A stretch of 64,000 bases of DNA from Nitrosopumilaceae archaeon (GCA_965214835.1 CBDCCK010000002.1:1440001-1504000); one strand, 5' to 3'. Counted from the stretch's first letter, positions 11,214 through 22,087 are shown. Translations and numbers: made by a program. The notes: a model not told the origin generated them from the letters alone.

Positions 11214-11780
11214 ATGCTGCACTTTATTTTTGTCATAAGGGAGGAGGAGCTAGAGGAGCGCCAGGCAGAATTCGAATACGTCAGGGAGATGGCCAAGTTC
11301 TTCCAGTCTTGGATCCGGGAAAAGTTCTCAAAAGATTTCAAAGTCCAATCCGACATCATGGTTACGCATCCCGGCGGCGTCCTCCGGCGCCTTGACACCC
11401 ACTCCCTAGTCGACGACCACCGCTCCCGCGGAGCGGACACGTACCACTTTTACCTTGCGCACTTTAGGCCCTTCTGGACCGACTGCACCTGCGAGGGGTA
11501 TCATGCCGAAAACTTTGGCATGGTCTGGTGGCAGAGGCCAAAGAGCGGCCAGGATCAGCTGTTCCTGGCAGAAAAGAACTGCACCGTCGTCTCACATGAA
11601 ATCGCACACGAGATGCTCCGGCAAAACGGAGTCAAAAAATTCGTCCCCGCAGTACACGACGTCTGGGTCAGGCACTTTTATGCCGGCCTAGCGTTTGAGC
11701 AATATGGCGCCGACTTTCGGCCCACCTCGGACAAGCCAAAATTCCTTACCATAGACACGGCAAGCCTCTTTGATGCGTGA
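11214..11780 (+). CDS. Hypothetical protein with zincin-like HExxH
   Basis: SHEIAHE motif; core-like GC content. Confidence 0.7.
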   Translation: MLHFIFVIREEELEERQAEFEYVREMAKFFQSWIREKFSKDFKVQSDIMVTHPGGVLRRLDTHSLVDDHRSRGADTYHFYLAHFRPFWTDCTCEGYHAENFGMVWWQRPKSGQDQLFLAEKNCTVVSHEIAHEMLRQNGVKKFVPAVHDVWVRHFYAGLAFEQYGADFRPTSDKPKFLTIDTASLFDA

Positions 11781-11818
11781 CTATTTTCAAGAAAACAATC
11801 CGATCCACGTCCGGCGGC

Positions 11819-12565
11819 CTAGATCAGAAACTCTGCGGCGTTTCTGCCGTCGTCTGTGATGCTTATCCACCTGTTCCTCCCTATCTTTTCGGTCCTGATG
11901 AACCCCCACGTCTCCTCAAGGGGCTGGATGATGTTTTTGTCAAGGCTTGCAAACCTTGCCATCGAGTGGTTGCCCTCCCTAGCATTGACCTTTATCAGCC
12001 CCTTCTCCTCGGATATCCTGGCCATCTCCTTTTTTGTCAGCCTGCCCCCGCGCTCCCCTATGATCCCCAGTGCCGCAACCAGCCTTGGATCCGGAGTCCG
12101 GATCGAGTACGGGGGGACGTCGTGGATCTCCTTGATTCCGGTAGAGACGGGCTGTATCTCGTCAAATCCGGGATAGTGCTCGGCCTCTGCATAAAACGGA
12201 TGTATGCTGGAGCCGTCGTTGAACATCATGCATGCCATCATGGTTCCGATGGCCTGGATCTTGCTGCCAGATGCCAGGTTCACATAGACATCGTTTCCCT
12301 CCTCCCGTCCCAGGATGGTCTTGACTGCGCGGATGATCTTGAACAGGTCACGCCTGTCGTGGGATTCGGTAACCACCTCGACCCCCGACTTTTCAAGCCG
12401 TCTTGTGATCTTTGAGACAAAGGGTATTGCCTTGTCGTCACTCTTGTTGTCGTGCACCATCAGCCACACCCTGTCGGCCTTTTCCTGTATGGCAGGCAGG
12501 ACGACCCTGTCGACCTCGTATCCCACCGGCGCAACATGCACGCGAAGTCTTGCAATCCTGGTCAT
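11819..12565 (-). CDS. DUF6293/HFX_2341-like regulator (CARF-like Rossmann + wHTH)
   Basis: VHVAPVGYEVDRV, VYVNLASGSK and a C-terminal wHTH (LEETWGFIRTEKIGRNRWISIT). Confidence 0.75.
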   Translation of the reverse strand: MTRIARLRVHVAPVGYEVDRVVLPAIQEKADRVWLMVHDNKSDDKAIPFVSKITRRLEKSGVEVVTESHDRRDLFKIIRAVKTILGREEGNDVYVNLASGSKIQAIGTMMACMMFNDGSSIHPFYAEAEHYPGFDEIQPVSTGIKEIHDVPPYSIRTPDPRLVAALGIIGERGGRLTKKEMARISEEKGLIKVNAREGNHSMARFASLDKNIIQPLEETWGFIRTEKIGRNRWISITDDGRNAAEFLI

Positions 12566-12577
12566 AATAGTATCCCA

Positions 12578-12589
12578 AGTATGCATACT
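12578..12589. promoter_or_regulatory. Perfect palindrome AGTATGCATACT in a divergent promoter, next to TATA-like TTATATAA
   Basis: 12-bp palindrome between the DUF6293 and PIN genes. Confidence 0.4.
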
Positions 12590-12630
12590 ATTGACATGTT
12601 ATATAATAATTTCTAAATCTGCGTTGATCC

Positions 12631-13053
12631 ATGAAGATACAGGTACAAAGGGTAGCGCTTGACTCGTGCGTGGTAATTGACCTGATTGAAAAGCCGGGCA
12701 TCGCCTCGGCGCTCAGGGCCCGCCTCAGGGGCAAGTCACTAGAGGTGGTTCTATGCGATATCGTGCTGCGGGAGGTCCAAAGGGTCAGGGGACTGTCCCC
12801 AAAGACGGTAGTCAGGAGGATTTCTAAAATCCTTGGAAGAAAAATCGAGCTGGCAAAGGCCAGCGAGCAGAACAAAGCCACTGCACGCGAGGTTACCTGC
12901 CAGTTTCAAGCCTGCCACAACGGGGACAATGAGATCCTCAGCCTGTGCCAGGCACGGGACTTTGTCCTGGTGACGTTTGACAGGATGCTTCTCAGGACAT
13001 GCCAGTTTCTCGGCGTCGCCGCATTTCATCCGTCAGAGGCGGGGGGCATATGA
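12631..13053 (+). CDS. PIN-domain protein
   Basis: ALDSCVVI, VLREV, GDNEIL and LVTFDRML acidic PIN motifs. Confidence 0.8.
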   Translation: MKIQVQRVALDSCVVIDLIEKPGIASALRARLRGKSLEVVLCDIVLREVQRVRGLSPKTVVRRISKILGRKIELAKASEQNKATAREVTCQFQACHNGDNEILSLCQARDFVLVTFDRMLLRTCQFLGVAAFHPSEAGGI

Positions 13054-13155
13054 CGATGAGCCAGATGTATCCCAGGATTATAAGGGAGTTTGAGGATGAT
13101 GACGAGCCGATGGTGTACGGGGGCCGTTAGGATGAGGGCCGCCAGAGACATCCAG

Positions 13156-13593
13156 ATGTCTTTTGCAAAGACTGTACATGGCCGCAGTCCGGGGCCCAAG
13201 GCTGGAGTGCAGCAGCCATCATCGGCGGGGATGGCGGGGCCTACGCCCGCCAATGGCACGGAACAGACGGACTCGCACAAAAAGAGCCTGTCTGAGGCGC
13301 TTGTCAACTCGTTTGGGGGATACCCGATAGGATACGGCATAGGCATTGTAATCCTGCCAATGTCCATGGGGTGGATCCGGGAGGATCCGCTGACTGCCAA
13401 CCTGGCCATAACCCTAGTCTATGCCTCAGTCTCCTTTGCAAGAAGCTACCTTCTGAGAAGGGTTTTCGAAAGGCTGGGAATCGATGACAACTTTATACGG
13501 ATGGGCATAAAGCTGGGCTGCAAAATAAGGTCAGGCTTTGGAAGCCGACGATCCCCCCTTTGTGGACATGCCGGAGGTGCTGGAAGTGATTAG
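13156..13593 (+). CDS. Small two-TM membrane protein of a type often seen in phages (start uncertain)
   Basis: KSLSEALVN...SFARSYLLRRVF pattern with two hydrophobic segments. Confidence 0.5.
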   Translation: MSFAKTVHGRSPGPKAGVQQPSSAGMAGPTPANGTEQTDSHKKSLSEALVNSFGGYPIGYGIGIVILPMSMGWIREDPLTANLAITLVYASVSFARSYLLRRVFERLGIDDNFIRMGIKLGCKIRSGFGSRRSPLCGHAGGAGSD

Positions 13594-13789
13594 GGCCCGC
13601 AGGCTGTTCCTGGTACCCGTCATGGCAATACTGTTCACGTCATGGATACCGTTTGTAGGGATACCTGCATGCATAACCCTGATTATGTGGTGGTATGTAC
13701 GTAACCAGGCCGACATACACAGCTATTTCCTGGGGAAAAACTATAGAAAGAAGGAGATGAGCAAGGAGGAGACAGAAAAATGGCGGTAA
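13568..13789 (+). CDS. Small membrane protein
   Basis: Two hydrophobic segments and a charged tail. Confidence 0.45.
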   Translation: MPEVLEVIRARRLFLVPVMAILFTSWIPFVGIPACITLIMWWYVRNQADIHSYFLGKNYRKKEMSKEETEKWR

Positions 13790-13843
13790 GGCCCCTCATG
13801 CCAGCCGGACGGCAGGCAGCGGAAGAATGCCACCAAATCAATG

Positions 13844-13935
13844 GTACGAGTCACCTGCCCCTGTCATTCAGGCACGAACTGGCATGTATGACTGTGGTTT
13901 TCATGCCTGGCCAGCAGGAGGACGTGACATCGTAC
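13844..13935 (+). mobile_element. MITE-93 family copy
   Basis: Similar to 6685-6777; flanks AATCAATG/AATCAATA (7/8 TSD). Confidence 0.8.
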
Positions 13936-13942
13936 AATCAAT

Positions 13943-14398
13943 AGACCTTATGCGTAATCGGTTCAGAACTAGGATTATTACGAACAAATTCATCGTACGA
14001 GGGGGGTTGTCGCCTAATTCATCAGAATTCCTGAAAACCATTGAGTTGCTATATTGATCAGGCGTGTAAAAGGGCGAAAATTCAGAAAAACGTGCAGGTT
14101 GAGTCAAATAAGTGGAATTAGGCGACAGCCCCGCTCTGATCGGTTGATGGGCATAATTTACAACTATAGTGACGATTGAAAGTCTTTGATCACCAAAAAA
14201 TGCATTCCTGCGTAATTCATGCCCATATGTGCTCAAAAACTTTTAATTGTCACTATAGATTTTGCGAGGCCGCGTCCCCTTGCCGGCCAGGCATGAAAAT
14301 CACAACTACACGTAATTTAGGCCTTGTGCGTATGTGCCAAAAAAACGACGTAAAAGCTGCCTGGTTTTTTTGATCTGAACCGACTACGCATAAGGTTT
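13943..14398. mobile_element. Non-autonomous IS5-like element (~455 bp)
   Basis: 25-bp TIRs AGACCTTATGCGTAATCGGTTCAGA (2 mismatches); the first 15 bp are shared with the ends of the element at 19497-21211. Confidence 0.75.
14003..14132. mobile_element. 130-bp MITE nested in the 455-bp element
   Basis: 18-bp TIRs GGGGTTGTCGCCTAATTC / GAATTAGGCGACAGCCCC. Confidence 0.75.
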
Positions 14399-17300
14399 AT
14401 TCTATTCCGGAAATTTTTTGCCAAATTTGCTTGTATTCATTGCCTGACAAAATAGAATTCTCAGGCAAAACCGAGTTCCATTTTCTGTCATCTAGTCCCT
14501 TAATCCATGTCATTACTTCCGAAGGAATAGAGTTTTGATAGTCTGATTTTTCATCTTTGTAAATTGAACCCATTTTTTTAGAAAGGCTTCGCGGTACGTT
14601 GTTTAGCCTCATCAAGATTGCGTCATCTGAATCAACTCCGTAGAAAATCATCGAAGGCAAGTTAGCGAGTTGTCGCTGTTCTTCCGGACTATGATCATAC
14701 GATATTCCCGAAGTTGGCAACTTTTGAATTGCAGACAATCCCCACGTTGCGGCGCTCGTAACTTTGCTGTAGATTGCCCTGACACAGTCACTAATTGAAT
14801 CAGTGTCTGTGCCTCCAAAATATGTTTGGGCAATTTCAAATAGGCTTTTTCCAGAAACCCAGTCAGATATTATCCCGCTGAGCGACTCGCGTGTAAGTCT
14901 TTTTCCTGATGCTTTGATGTCAGATAATTGCTTTCTTGTTTCAGGAATATCATTTAACATGATTCCAGTTAAGTTAGACAAGACCTGAGAATCCCTAGAG
15001 AACAGTTTGCTGCCAGCCCATTCGGATGATTCAATACCAAGTTGATTTACCTTGGAGATTGTCCTCTCAATTGTTTCAGGAGCAAACCCTGTCATATCAG
15101 ATAAGGTTGTAAGCTCTTTTCTGTCATCTAGCCTTTCAGCATAGTCTTTTACCGCATCAATTAGTTCAGCTTTTACCTGCGATGACAGTTGAGAGAATCC
15201 ATAGGTTCTCTCCAAGTTGATGTTGATTTCTGCAATAAAGTTTTGTAGATTTCCAGATTGCTTGTACATGTGTGCAATGTATTGCAAAAACGACGACCAC
15301 TCAGGTTCGTTTGCATGTGCAATTAGATTTAGCCTGTCTCCTTGATTTTTTACAGCATCAACCATCTTTTTGAGAACAGAGACCAGCTCTTCGGTCTGTC
15401 TTTGAACGTATTCGGCCGCATTTGCTGCTTTCTCAGAGTCCTTTTTGCCGACTGCTATGCCAATAAGGCCTACTGAGCGCTGGTCAATTCTTCCTGCCCT
15501 GCCTATAAGATTCCAAAAGTCAATAGAGGACATTGCTCCGTATGGATGGGAATAGCTGTTAAGCAGAATTGCGTTTACTGGGAAGTTAATTCCCTGAGCA
15601 ATGGTGGTAGTAGACACTAGAATCTTTAGCGATTCGGTCTCCATTAGCCACTCTAACAGCTCCTTGATGTCGTCTGGAAGCCCTGAATTGTGAATTCCAA
15701 TCCCTTTTCTGACATAATCCACTAGGGGAAAGGACTCTCCGAGTTCTGCTGCAATGTATCTTGATACAAGATCCAGATTAGGGTCATCAGTAATTTCTGG
15801 AAGAATGTCTGCCAGCTTTTCTGCAATACGCCACGTCTGACGGATGGTGTATCCAATTACAAGAATGTTATGTGCTTTGTAGAGCTGCGATGCAACAAGG
15901 GAGGTCAAGTTTTGAAGAGTGGCAACTTTTGTCAAACTGAATTTTTTGCTTGTTGACTTGCCAATCTCAATTTCGTTCTCTAGCATCAGGGTGGGGCTGT
16001 AGGTCATCAGTGGCTTGAAGTATGTCGTAAGATCATTTCTACTCCCATCTGCATAATACATTCCAACAACTTTGTCATTTGGCTGCCACCACTCAAGTTC
16101 CATGCTGATTGACTGTGGATTCATAGGATCAAGCCAGCCTGCAACTTCCTGATGATTCTTTACAAATGGAGTCATCAAAAGCATGTGGGATTTTTCACAA
16201 TCATTCTGAATGTTTGAGATTAGCATTTCAAGATTTAACCCGCGATTTGGATCAGAGAGGTTGTGCGCCTCATCAATAATTGTGAGGACTAGACTCCTTG
16301 CAAGGTCTTTTTTGTCTGGATGGCGTACAAGCAAGTTGAGTTTCTCAGGGGTTGTGACTAGAATATCAAAAGAGTTTGAATTAAGAACATTCTCTTCAAA
16401 TGCATCAATCTCTAGTGCGCCGCTCATCTTTTCAACCTTGATGCCCAAAGGCTCTGGCCCCAAGTCACGTCTTAGCCTGGAGGCAATCTGGTTGACGAGC
16501 GCCCGTGTAGGCACAACGTATGCAATCTTGCCGCCGATCTCAGAGAATTGGTTTAGTGCCTGCAGGATTCTAAATTCGGCAATTATTGTCTTGCCGCTTG
16601 AGGTTGGAAGGTTTACAACTATTGCCTTTAGGGCAGGATCTAAGAGTCGCTGTTCTAAAATTGCAACCCTTTGTGGGTATAGCAGCTCATATACGGGTCG
16701 CTTGTTTCCTACATCTTGAGTAACCAGTTGGATGAATTTTGTTGCCTTGGAATTAATCTGTCCTGAAATATTCCAGATGGAGTTTTCAATCATTTTAGAA
16801 AAGGCAGTCTTTAGCATCCTTAGGAGAAGATCCAGCTCAAAGATACTGGCATTCTGACAGTATCCAATCGCAGTATCAAAATGATAGTTCAGCCTGCTTC
16901 TAAGATCTCGCGTAGAGCCACCATTAATCATGTATTGGCCCATCAGATCTACTGTCTTTGCCAAGTGATAGTATGCGGCAAGCTCTAATGCAGCTGATTG
17001 CTTGTATTCATTGCCAACTTGTCCTAGGAATCTTTCTTCGTATTCTTTTTGGTCTTCTCGAAGTTTGGCGATGTATTTGGCTGTCTGTGACAAGTCCTCC
17101 CAGGATTCTTTTCGGATCAAATGGATAATTGCTTTGTAGATGTCAGACAGAACTTTGAAATCCCACGGAATGTCTTTATCAGTATTGAGTTCTAAAACAT
17201 CCTTGCTTTCAAGCAGGAATCTCTTCATGTCCTCCCACTTTTCGCCAAGATAAGAATAGGAGAATAATTTTAGAACATGTTTGATTTTGTCTGCAGGTTC

Positions 17301-17582
17301 AGAAGGAACAGGGATTACCTGTAGTAGGTTAAAACAATCATTGCAAATTTTATGAAAGTCCTGTTTTTGTTTTAGATGTTCTCTGTCAAAGGAATATCTC
17401 CACAAATCAACTATGACAAACTCAAAAGCGTCGATTACTTGCTGAATCTCCTCGTAATCCTTTTGGGAAAAAGTTTTGTCATGTTCAAGATACTTGTGAA
17501 TCTTTATGCTGTTGACAGTTTCAAGCACCTTATCATACAATTCACCATCGATTGCCTCTAGAATTGGATGGCTAATTCTCAA
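14397..17582 (-). CDS. Ski2-like DEAH-box SF2 helicase, HamB-like
   Basis: LPTSSGKT, VPTRAL, TPEK, DEAH, TTTIAQGINFP and GRAGR motifs with a long helical N-terminus. Confidence 0.85.
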   Translation of the reverse strand: MRISHPILEAIDGELYDKVLETVNSIKIHKYLEHDKTFSQKDYEEIQQVIDAFEFVIVDLWRYSFDREHLKQKQDFHKICNDCFNLLQVIPVPSEPADKIKHVLKLFSYSYLGEKWEDMKRFLLESKDVLELNTDKDIPWDFKVLSDIYKAIIHLIRKESWEDLSQTAKYIAKLREDQKEYEERFLGQVGNEYKQSAALELAAYYHLAKTVDLMGQYMINGGSTRDLRSRLNYHFDTAIGYCQNASIFELDLLLRMLKTAFSKMIENSIWNISGQINSKATKFIQLVTQDVGNKRPVYELLYPQRVAILEQRLLDPALKAIVVNLPTSSGKTIIAEFRILQALNQFSEIGGKIAYVVPTRALVNQIASRLRRDLGPEPLGIKVEKMSGALEIDAFEENVLNSNSFDILVTTPEKLNLLVRHPDKKDLARSLVLTIIDEAHNLSDPNRGLNLEMLISNIQNDCEKSHMLLMTPFVKNHQEVAGWLDPMNPQSISMELEWWQPNDKVVGMYYADGSRNDLTTYFKPLMTYSPTLMLENEIEIGKSTSKKFSLTKVATLQNLTSLVASQLYKAHNILVIGYTIRQTWRIAEKLADILPEITDDPNLDLVSRYIAAELGESFPLVDYVRKGIGIHNSGLPDDIKELLEWLMETESLKILVSTTTIAQGINFPVNAILLNSYSHPYGAMSSIDFWNLIGRAGRIDQRSVGLIGIAVGKKDSEKAANAAEYVQRQTEELVSVLKKMVDAVKNQGDRLNLIAHANEPEWSSFLQYIAHMYKQSGNLQNFIAEININLERTYGFSQLSSQVKAELIDAVKDYAERLDDRKELTTLSDMTGFAPETIERTISKVNQLGIESSEWAGSKLFSRDSQVLSNLTGIMLNDIPETRKQLSDIKASGKRLTRESLSGIISDWVSGKSLFEIAQTYFGGTDTDSISDCVRAIYSKVTSAATWGLSAIQKLPTSGISYDHSPEEQRQLANLPSMIFYGVDSDDAILMRLNNVPRSLSKKMGSIYKDEKSDYQNSIPSEVMTWIKGLDDRKWNSVLPENSILSGNEYKQIWQKISGIE

Positions 17583-18364
17583 CTTGGGCCTCCCATGGTC
17601 TTGGCATAGTCTGGTTTCAAAATAGGAAGGTATAATGAAAGCAATTCAAGGTATACTGCATCATTCATATTTAATACAACTTTTTCGTAGACGCCCTTTA
17701 GATCTTTATCATCAGGTCCAGTCCCACGAATCATCACTCCAAAAATTTTGTACTCACTGTGTCTATAATGCGCAATGAATGCAGCTCTCCAAGATCTTAC
17801 ATGCCCATGATCTGGGCCCAACGGCTCCACTTTGTGTCCAAGCCACAAAATCAGCTCCTTGCGTTTTTTCTGACTAGTCTTGATTTCGTCTAACTGATTT
17901 AGCAGTCCATCTTTTCCTGCAACGACACTTGGCGGAGACGTCTTTTGATCAGAAGTCTTTACCTCTCCAAACAAAAACAAAGCCTTATCGTCAACATTGA
18001 AAAATCCCACCATGTCAGTTCCAGGCAAATTTGAGCTAGAATCTTTTGCGTCTCTGCTGTCATTGTATGGAAAAACAGAATCGCAATAGTCCTCTAAAAA
18101 ACATTCAGAAATTTTTTCGCCAATTTTCCAGTCCAAGGGAATTTCACCACTAGTAAATGCAGATTTTATCAGTTCAGGATCAAATCCAGTTTGAGAGACA
18201 TCTTCAAACAATTTCTGAAGATTCAAGGAACCTGCTGCATCAAAGAATTTTCTGTTTACCCTGTTTTTTAGATAGTCACCAAACTCTGGATTTTTTAGAA
18301 CTAATCCACGATACTGTCTTCGTCCGTCTTGATACTCATAGGCAGTTCTCTCTATCAGTGGCAT
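17579..18364 (-). CDS. PD-(D/E)xK nuclease, HamA-like
   Basis: GEKISE...GTDMVG...FGEVKTS; 4-bp overlap with the helicase start. Confidence 0.65.
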   Translation of the reverse strand: MPLIERTAYEYQDGRRQYRGLVLKNPEFGDYLKNRVNRKFFDAAGSLNLQKLFEDVSQTGFDPELIKSAFTSGEIPLDWKIGEKISECFLEDYCDSVFPYNDSRDAKDSSSNLPGTDMVGFFNVDDKALFLFGEVKTSDQKTSPPSVVAGKDGLLNQLDEIKTSQKKRKELILWLGHKVEPLGPDHGHVRSWRAAFIAHYRHSEYKIFGVMIRGTGPDDKDLKGVYEKVVLNMNDAVYLELLSLYLPILKPDYAKTMGGPS

Positions 18365-18430
18365 TAGTCAATTGTGGGATTTTTTGTTTACATAAAGTAT
18401 GAGGTTGCCTCGCTTTACAATAGACGGAAC

Positions 18431-18523
18431 GTACGAGGTCACCTACCCCTGCCAATCAGGCACGAGTTGGCACCTATGACTATGATTTTCACGCCTAGCC
18501 GGCAGGGGGACGTGACCCCGTAC
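18431..18523 (+). mobile_element. MITE-93 family copy
   Basis: GTACGAGGTCAC...GTGACCCCGTAC; no TSD. Confidence 0.85.
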
Positions 18524-18983
18524 GCGCCTTTTATTAGATCGGCCCTTGCAGTCCGATGAGAATCAAGATACCGCTGTCCTGCCCGGAGTGCAACGGAAGG
18601 ATGTATGCCGTATGCTACGAGCCTGCAATACGCCTGCTGGAGCACCGCTCGTGGCAGTACTGCAGGGAGTGTGGATTCGTACGGGACATCAAGGACTTTA
18701 AGAAACAGATGCTCTGTGCCTGAGGCCTTCCTCCGGCACCTTTTGCAGCCCCGCAACCGAGTTTTGCGCGATGCGGCCCGTCTGCCTCGAAAGACCCGTG
18801 CGCGACACAAGCACGTGCCGTCTTGGCTGAGGATGTGAGCCCAAAAAGCCCCGCCTGATCCGGGCCGAGCCCGGCTGCGGGATTATAATCGGAATCGCTG
18901 TACGCAAGAATGCGTCTTTTGACGATCAAAGACTTTCAATCTCCACTAGAAATCATCTACTCGTGAAAATTGGCCTGAATGAT

Positions 18984-19496
18984 TTAGCAAGAACTTCTTC
19001 GAGCTATTTCATCAATGATTGTTTTTAGCATTAATCTAAGATCGCTGTCTTCTGAATAATCTTTTGAATACATCCCGTAATTAGTCCGTCTTCCTCTTGC
19101 AAGTTCATATGTTTTCTTTGATGTGTCCTTTGATGTGTCCATTATTCCAATGCAGTGTCCTCCATTACTTCGTACTGCAGAAAAACATGGAATGTCGCTA
19201 GGCCCGTCCCCCATGTAGATCATGTTTCCAAACGGTATTCTTCTTTGCTCGTTCTTTACTGCATCATTTACCAAGTACGGATATTTGCGCAGATTTTCCT
19301 TGTCTACTCCTTTGTTGATCGCATAAAGATATTTTGTCTTTTCTGTAAATGTAACTGTTGATTGTATTGCATCATATTTTCCAGTTTTAGGATCCACATG
19401 ATACTTTGATGCAAAAACATCTTTGAACTGTCTTGCAAACGAACAGTTTTCTACAAGATCTTCTATTCCTGCTGAAATTATATATCCCTCAACATT
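18984..19496 (-). pseudogene. HAD-superfamily hydrolase, 5' part lost at an IS boundary
   Basis: YIISAGIE...KTKYL...YMGDGPSDIPCF; motif I is absent and the frame begins at the IS end. Confidence 0.75.
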
Positions 19497-21211
19497 AGAC
19501 CTTATGCGTAAACGAAATTAGCGGCGATGCCCCCGGCGCACGGGCTACAAATGAGGCAAGTCAGGGCCGGCGCACGCGCGACTGTACCTTACAACGTTGA
19601 AAATATTTGATCAAAACCACAACTATTTTCAGACGATTGATTTAGATCCGGGATCCATTCTCGCATAAGAGTAATGGCAAAGTCCGAGACCGAGCAGATA
19701 CGACTGCTGAAGAAGAGAATCGAGCAGTACGAGAAGGAGAAGGTACAGGACAGGAAGGAGAAGGCGCGGGACAAAAAGAAGATCAAGAAGTATGAGAAGA
19801 GGATCAAGAGGCACGAGAAGAAGAGCAGGCAGGACAGGAAGGAGAAGGCGCGGGACAGGACGGAGAGGATGCAGTACAGGAAGGAGATCAGAGAGTACGA
19901 GAAGAAGAGCAGGCAGGACGGCAGGAGGCAGGAGCGGGATCAGGAGAGGATAGGGCAGCTGGAACAGCAGCTGGACGCCGAGCGCCGGATGTGGCCCGCA
20001 ACCTGGGATGACGACAGGCGCTCCGCGGACAACGCCGCCCTCATGCACAGGCTCGAGGTGCTCGATGACATAATCGGTGGCGGGTCCCTGCAGCCCACCA
20101 CGTCGATGAACCTCCGCCAGTTTGACTACATATATGACCGGTTTACGAAGCTTGCCAAAAAGCACACAGAAGGCCCCCTGTTCTCAGAAGACGAGGACAA
20201 CTTGCCCGGAAACCGGTGCAAGCTGTCCTACCGCCACGCCCTGCTGATGTCGCTGATGCGCAAGTACGGAAACCCGACACAGGAGCAGCTTGCGGCATTC
20301 TTTGGCATAGACCAGAGCACCATATGCAGGTACCTCAAGTATTGCGACATGATATTCACCAAGATACTGCCCACGCCGGACGCCGTATCGCGAAAGATAC
20401 GAAACGCCCGCACGATCGAGGGGCTCAGGTAGATCGTCCCGGATCTGACTGTGATTGTAGACGGCACGCACATCAACATACAGCGCCCCACAGACGGGGA
20501 GCCGAGAAAGGGGGCGTACTCGGGCAAAAAGAAGGACTTTACGCGCAACACCCAGATGATGGCCGACAGTGAGGGACTGTCAATACATGCAAGTCGGCGC
20601 CCGGAAGCACGCACGATCTTACCATGATAGGGGACAACCCCCCGGATCTGGGAGTCCTGACTGCCAGGATGCGTAGCAACAGAAAACACCCCGAGGACGA
20701 GAAGGTAAAGCTGTTCTCGGACTTGGGATACGTGGGAATCAAGAAGATATACCCCGGGGTCATATCCATGCAGCCCAACAAGAAGCCAAGGAAAGGCAAG
20801 CTTACAAAGAAACAGAAGGCGCAGAGCAGGAGGATAAGTAGCAAGAGGGTTACAGTCGAACACGCCATAGGACGGATAAAGCAGTACAAGCGGATGCGTG
20901 ATCCGTACGACGGGATCGCTGAGGAGTTCGACAGGGAGTTCTAGGTGACAGCCGGGCTTGCCAACTTTAGGCTGTTGTGGGACAAGCGGAACAAGAAGCT
21001 CATACATGGGTTCTGATACCACGATATGGAGCGCATTGCGGCGCCACACGATGCCGCACTATACTACGGTTTTTGCCAGCTGGAATGATCCGTAAATATA
21101 TGATATGCGGACTCTGCCGCCCCTGTACACGTCATGTGATGCTGTCAGCCTTGCATGTGTGGTAGGTCTGCCGTCGGAATATTTCGATCCGGTCGATTAC
21201 GCATAAGGTCT
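19497..21211 (+). mobile_element. IS5-like (DDE_Tnp_4 type) element, degenerate
   Basis: 15-bp TIRs AGACCTTATGCGTAA / TTACGCATAAGGTCT; no TSD. Confidence 0.7.
19674..21016 (+). pseudogene. IS5-like transposase pseudogene with repeated K/E/R coiled-coil N-terminus
   Basis: LAAFFGIDQSTICR (HTH), VDGTHINIQRP, YSGKKK, SDLGYVG and VEHAIGRIK. Stops at 20432 and 20944 plus a frameshift near 20600. Confidence 0.85.
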
Positions 21212-21380
21212 CCTGTAGGAAGACACCGGCAATGGTGCGACATAATTTTCATATAGTATACTAATCTCGTGGCGGGGCAGTAATTAAAATAATTGCCCCA
21301 TCCGTAAGGCGGGCCTGATACTGATGTCATCACGGCCAGCGCACCCGCCGGCTCCTGTGCAGGCAGTACGTCACAAGGCC

Positions 21381-22013
21381 CTAGCACTTTGTCACAGAGT
21401 ATATGTTGTTCTCAAAGTTGGCGGCCTTAAAGTCAAGCTTGTTCTCGGGATCCCCTGATCTTGACTTGCTGAGCGTCTCTAGCTCCACCATGGCATCCCC
21501 CCTGAACCCCACAGACGAGCCGTAAACCGCATCGGTCAGCATCGTGCCGTGGTCGCCCTTTTTGATGTCCTCCACCATGTTGTAGAACTTTGTTGCGTCC
21601 CTCTTGTTGACCTGCTTGCCGGTGGCCTTGTTTGTGGCAACTGCGATGTACATCCCGTTGTTTTTTACTGCGACTGGAACCTTGTGGTTCTTTCCGGACT
21701 CTCCGGGAATCGACTCGCTTATCAGGACCTCGCACTTGTGGTACATGCTTGAGATATACGCATAGAACCTGTACTGCGCAAAGTGGCCCGCCTCGTCCGC
21801 CTCGCAGCCGACGAAAATCCTGTGCAGCAGCTCCAGGGCCTCGTCATTCATGCTCTGGAGCCTGTCGTCGATCCTCCCCCTCTCCAGCAGATCCGACTTG
21901 CACTCCCTTGCGATTAGCTCCAGGATAAAGTCAGGCAGGTTGTAGTTTTTCAGCGCGGCCACAAACGCGCCTGCCTGCGACATTCCAAACTTTGGAAAAC
22001 CCTTGTTGACCAT
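21381..22013 (-). CDS. Conserved hypothetical protein
   Basis: Clean 210-aa ORF with core-like codon usage, divergent from aconitase. Confidence 0.7.
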   Translation of the reverse strand: MVNKGFPKFGMSQAGAFVAALKNYNLPDFILELIARECKSDLLERGRIDDRLQSMNDEALELLHRIFVGCEADEAGHFAQYRFYAYISSMYHKCEVLISESIPGESGKNHKVPVAVKNNGMYIAVATNKATGKQVNKRDATKFYNMVEDIKKGDHGTMLTDAVYGSSVGFRGDAMVELETLSKSRSGDPENKLDFKAANFENNIYSVTKC

Positions 22014-22087
22014 CAAAAATCCACCTCTGAATCCCTAGCTTACAAAAAGGGCTGTTTTGCATATAATTGTTAAGGCATAAATCTGCC

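Noticed and set aside
18530-18960. Short GC-rich ORFs between MITE-93 and the HAD remnant
   Set aside because: No recognisable motifs; probably decayed sequence.
21270-21360. GC hairpin (GGGGCA...TGCCCC) downstream of the 16-mer motif, possible ncRNA or riboswitch
   Set aside because: No recognisable family motif; a single short stem is insufficient.
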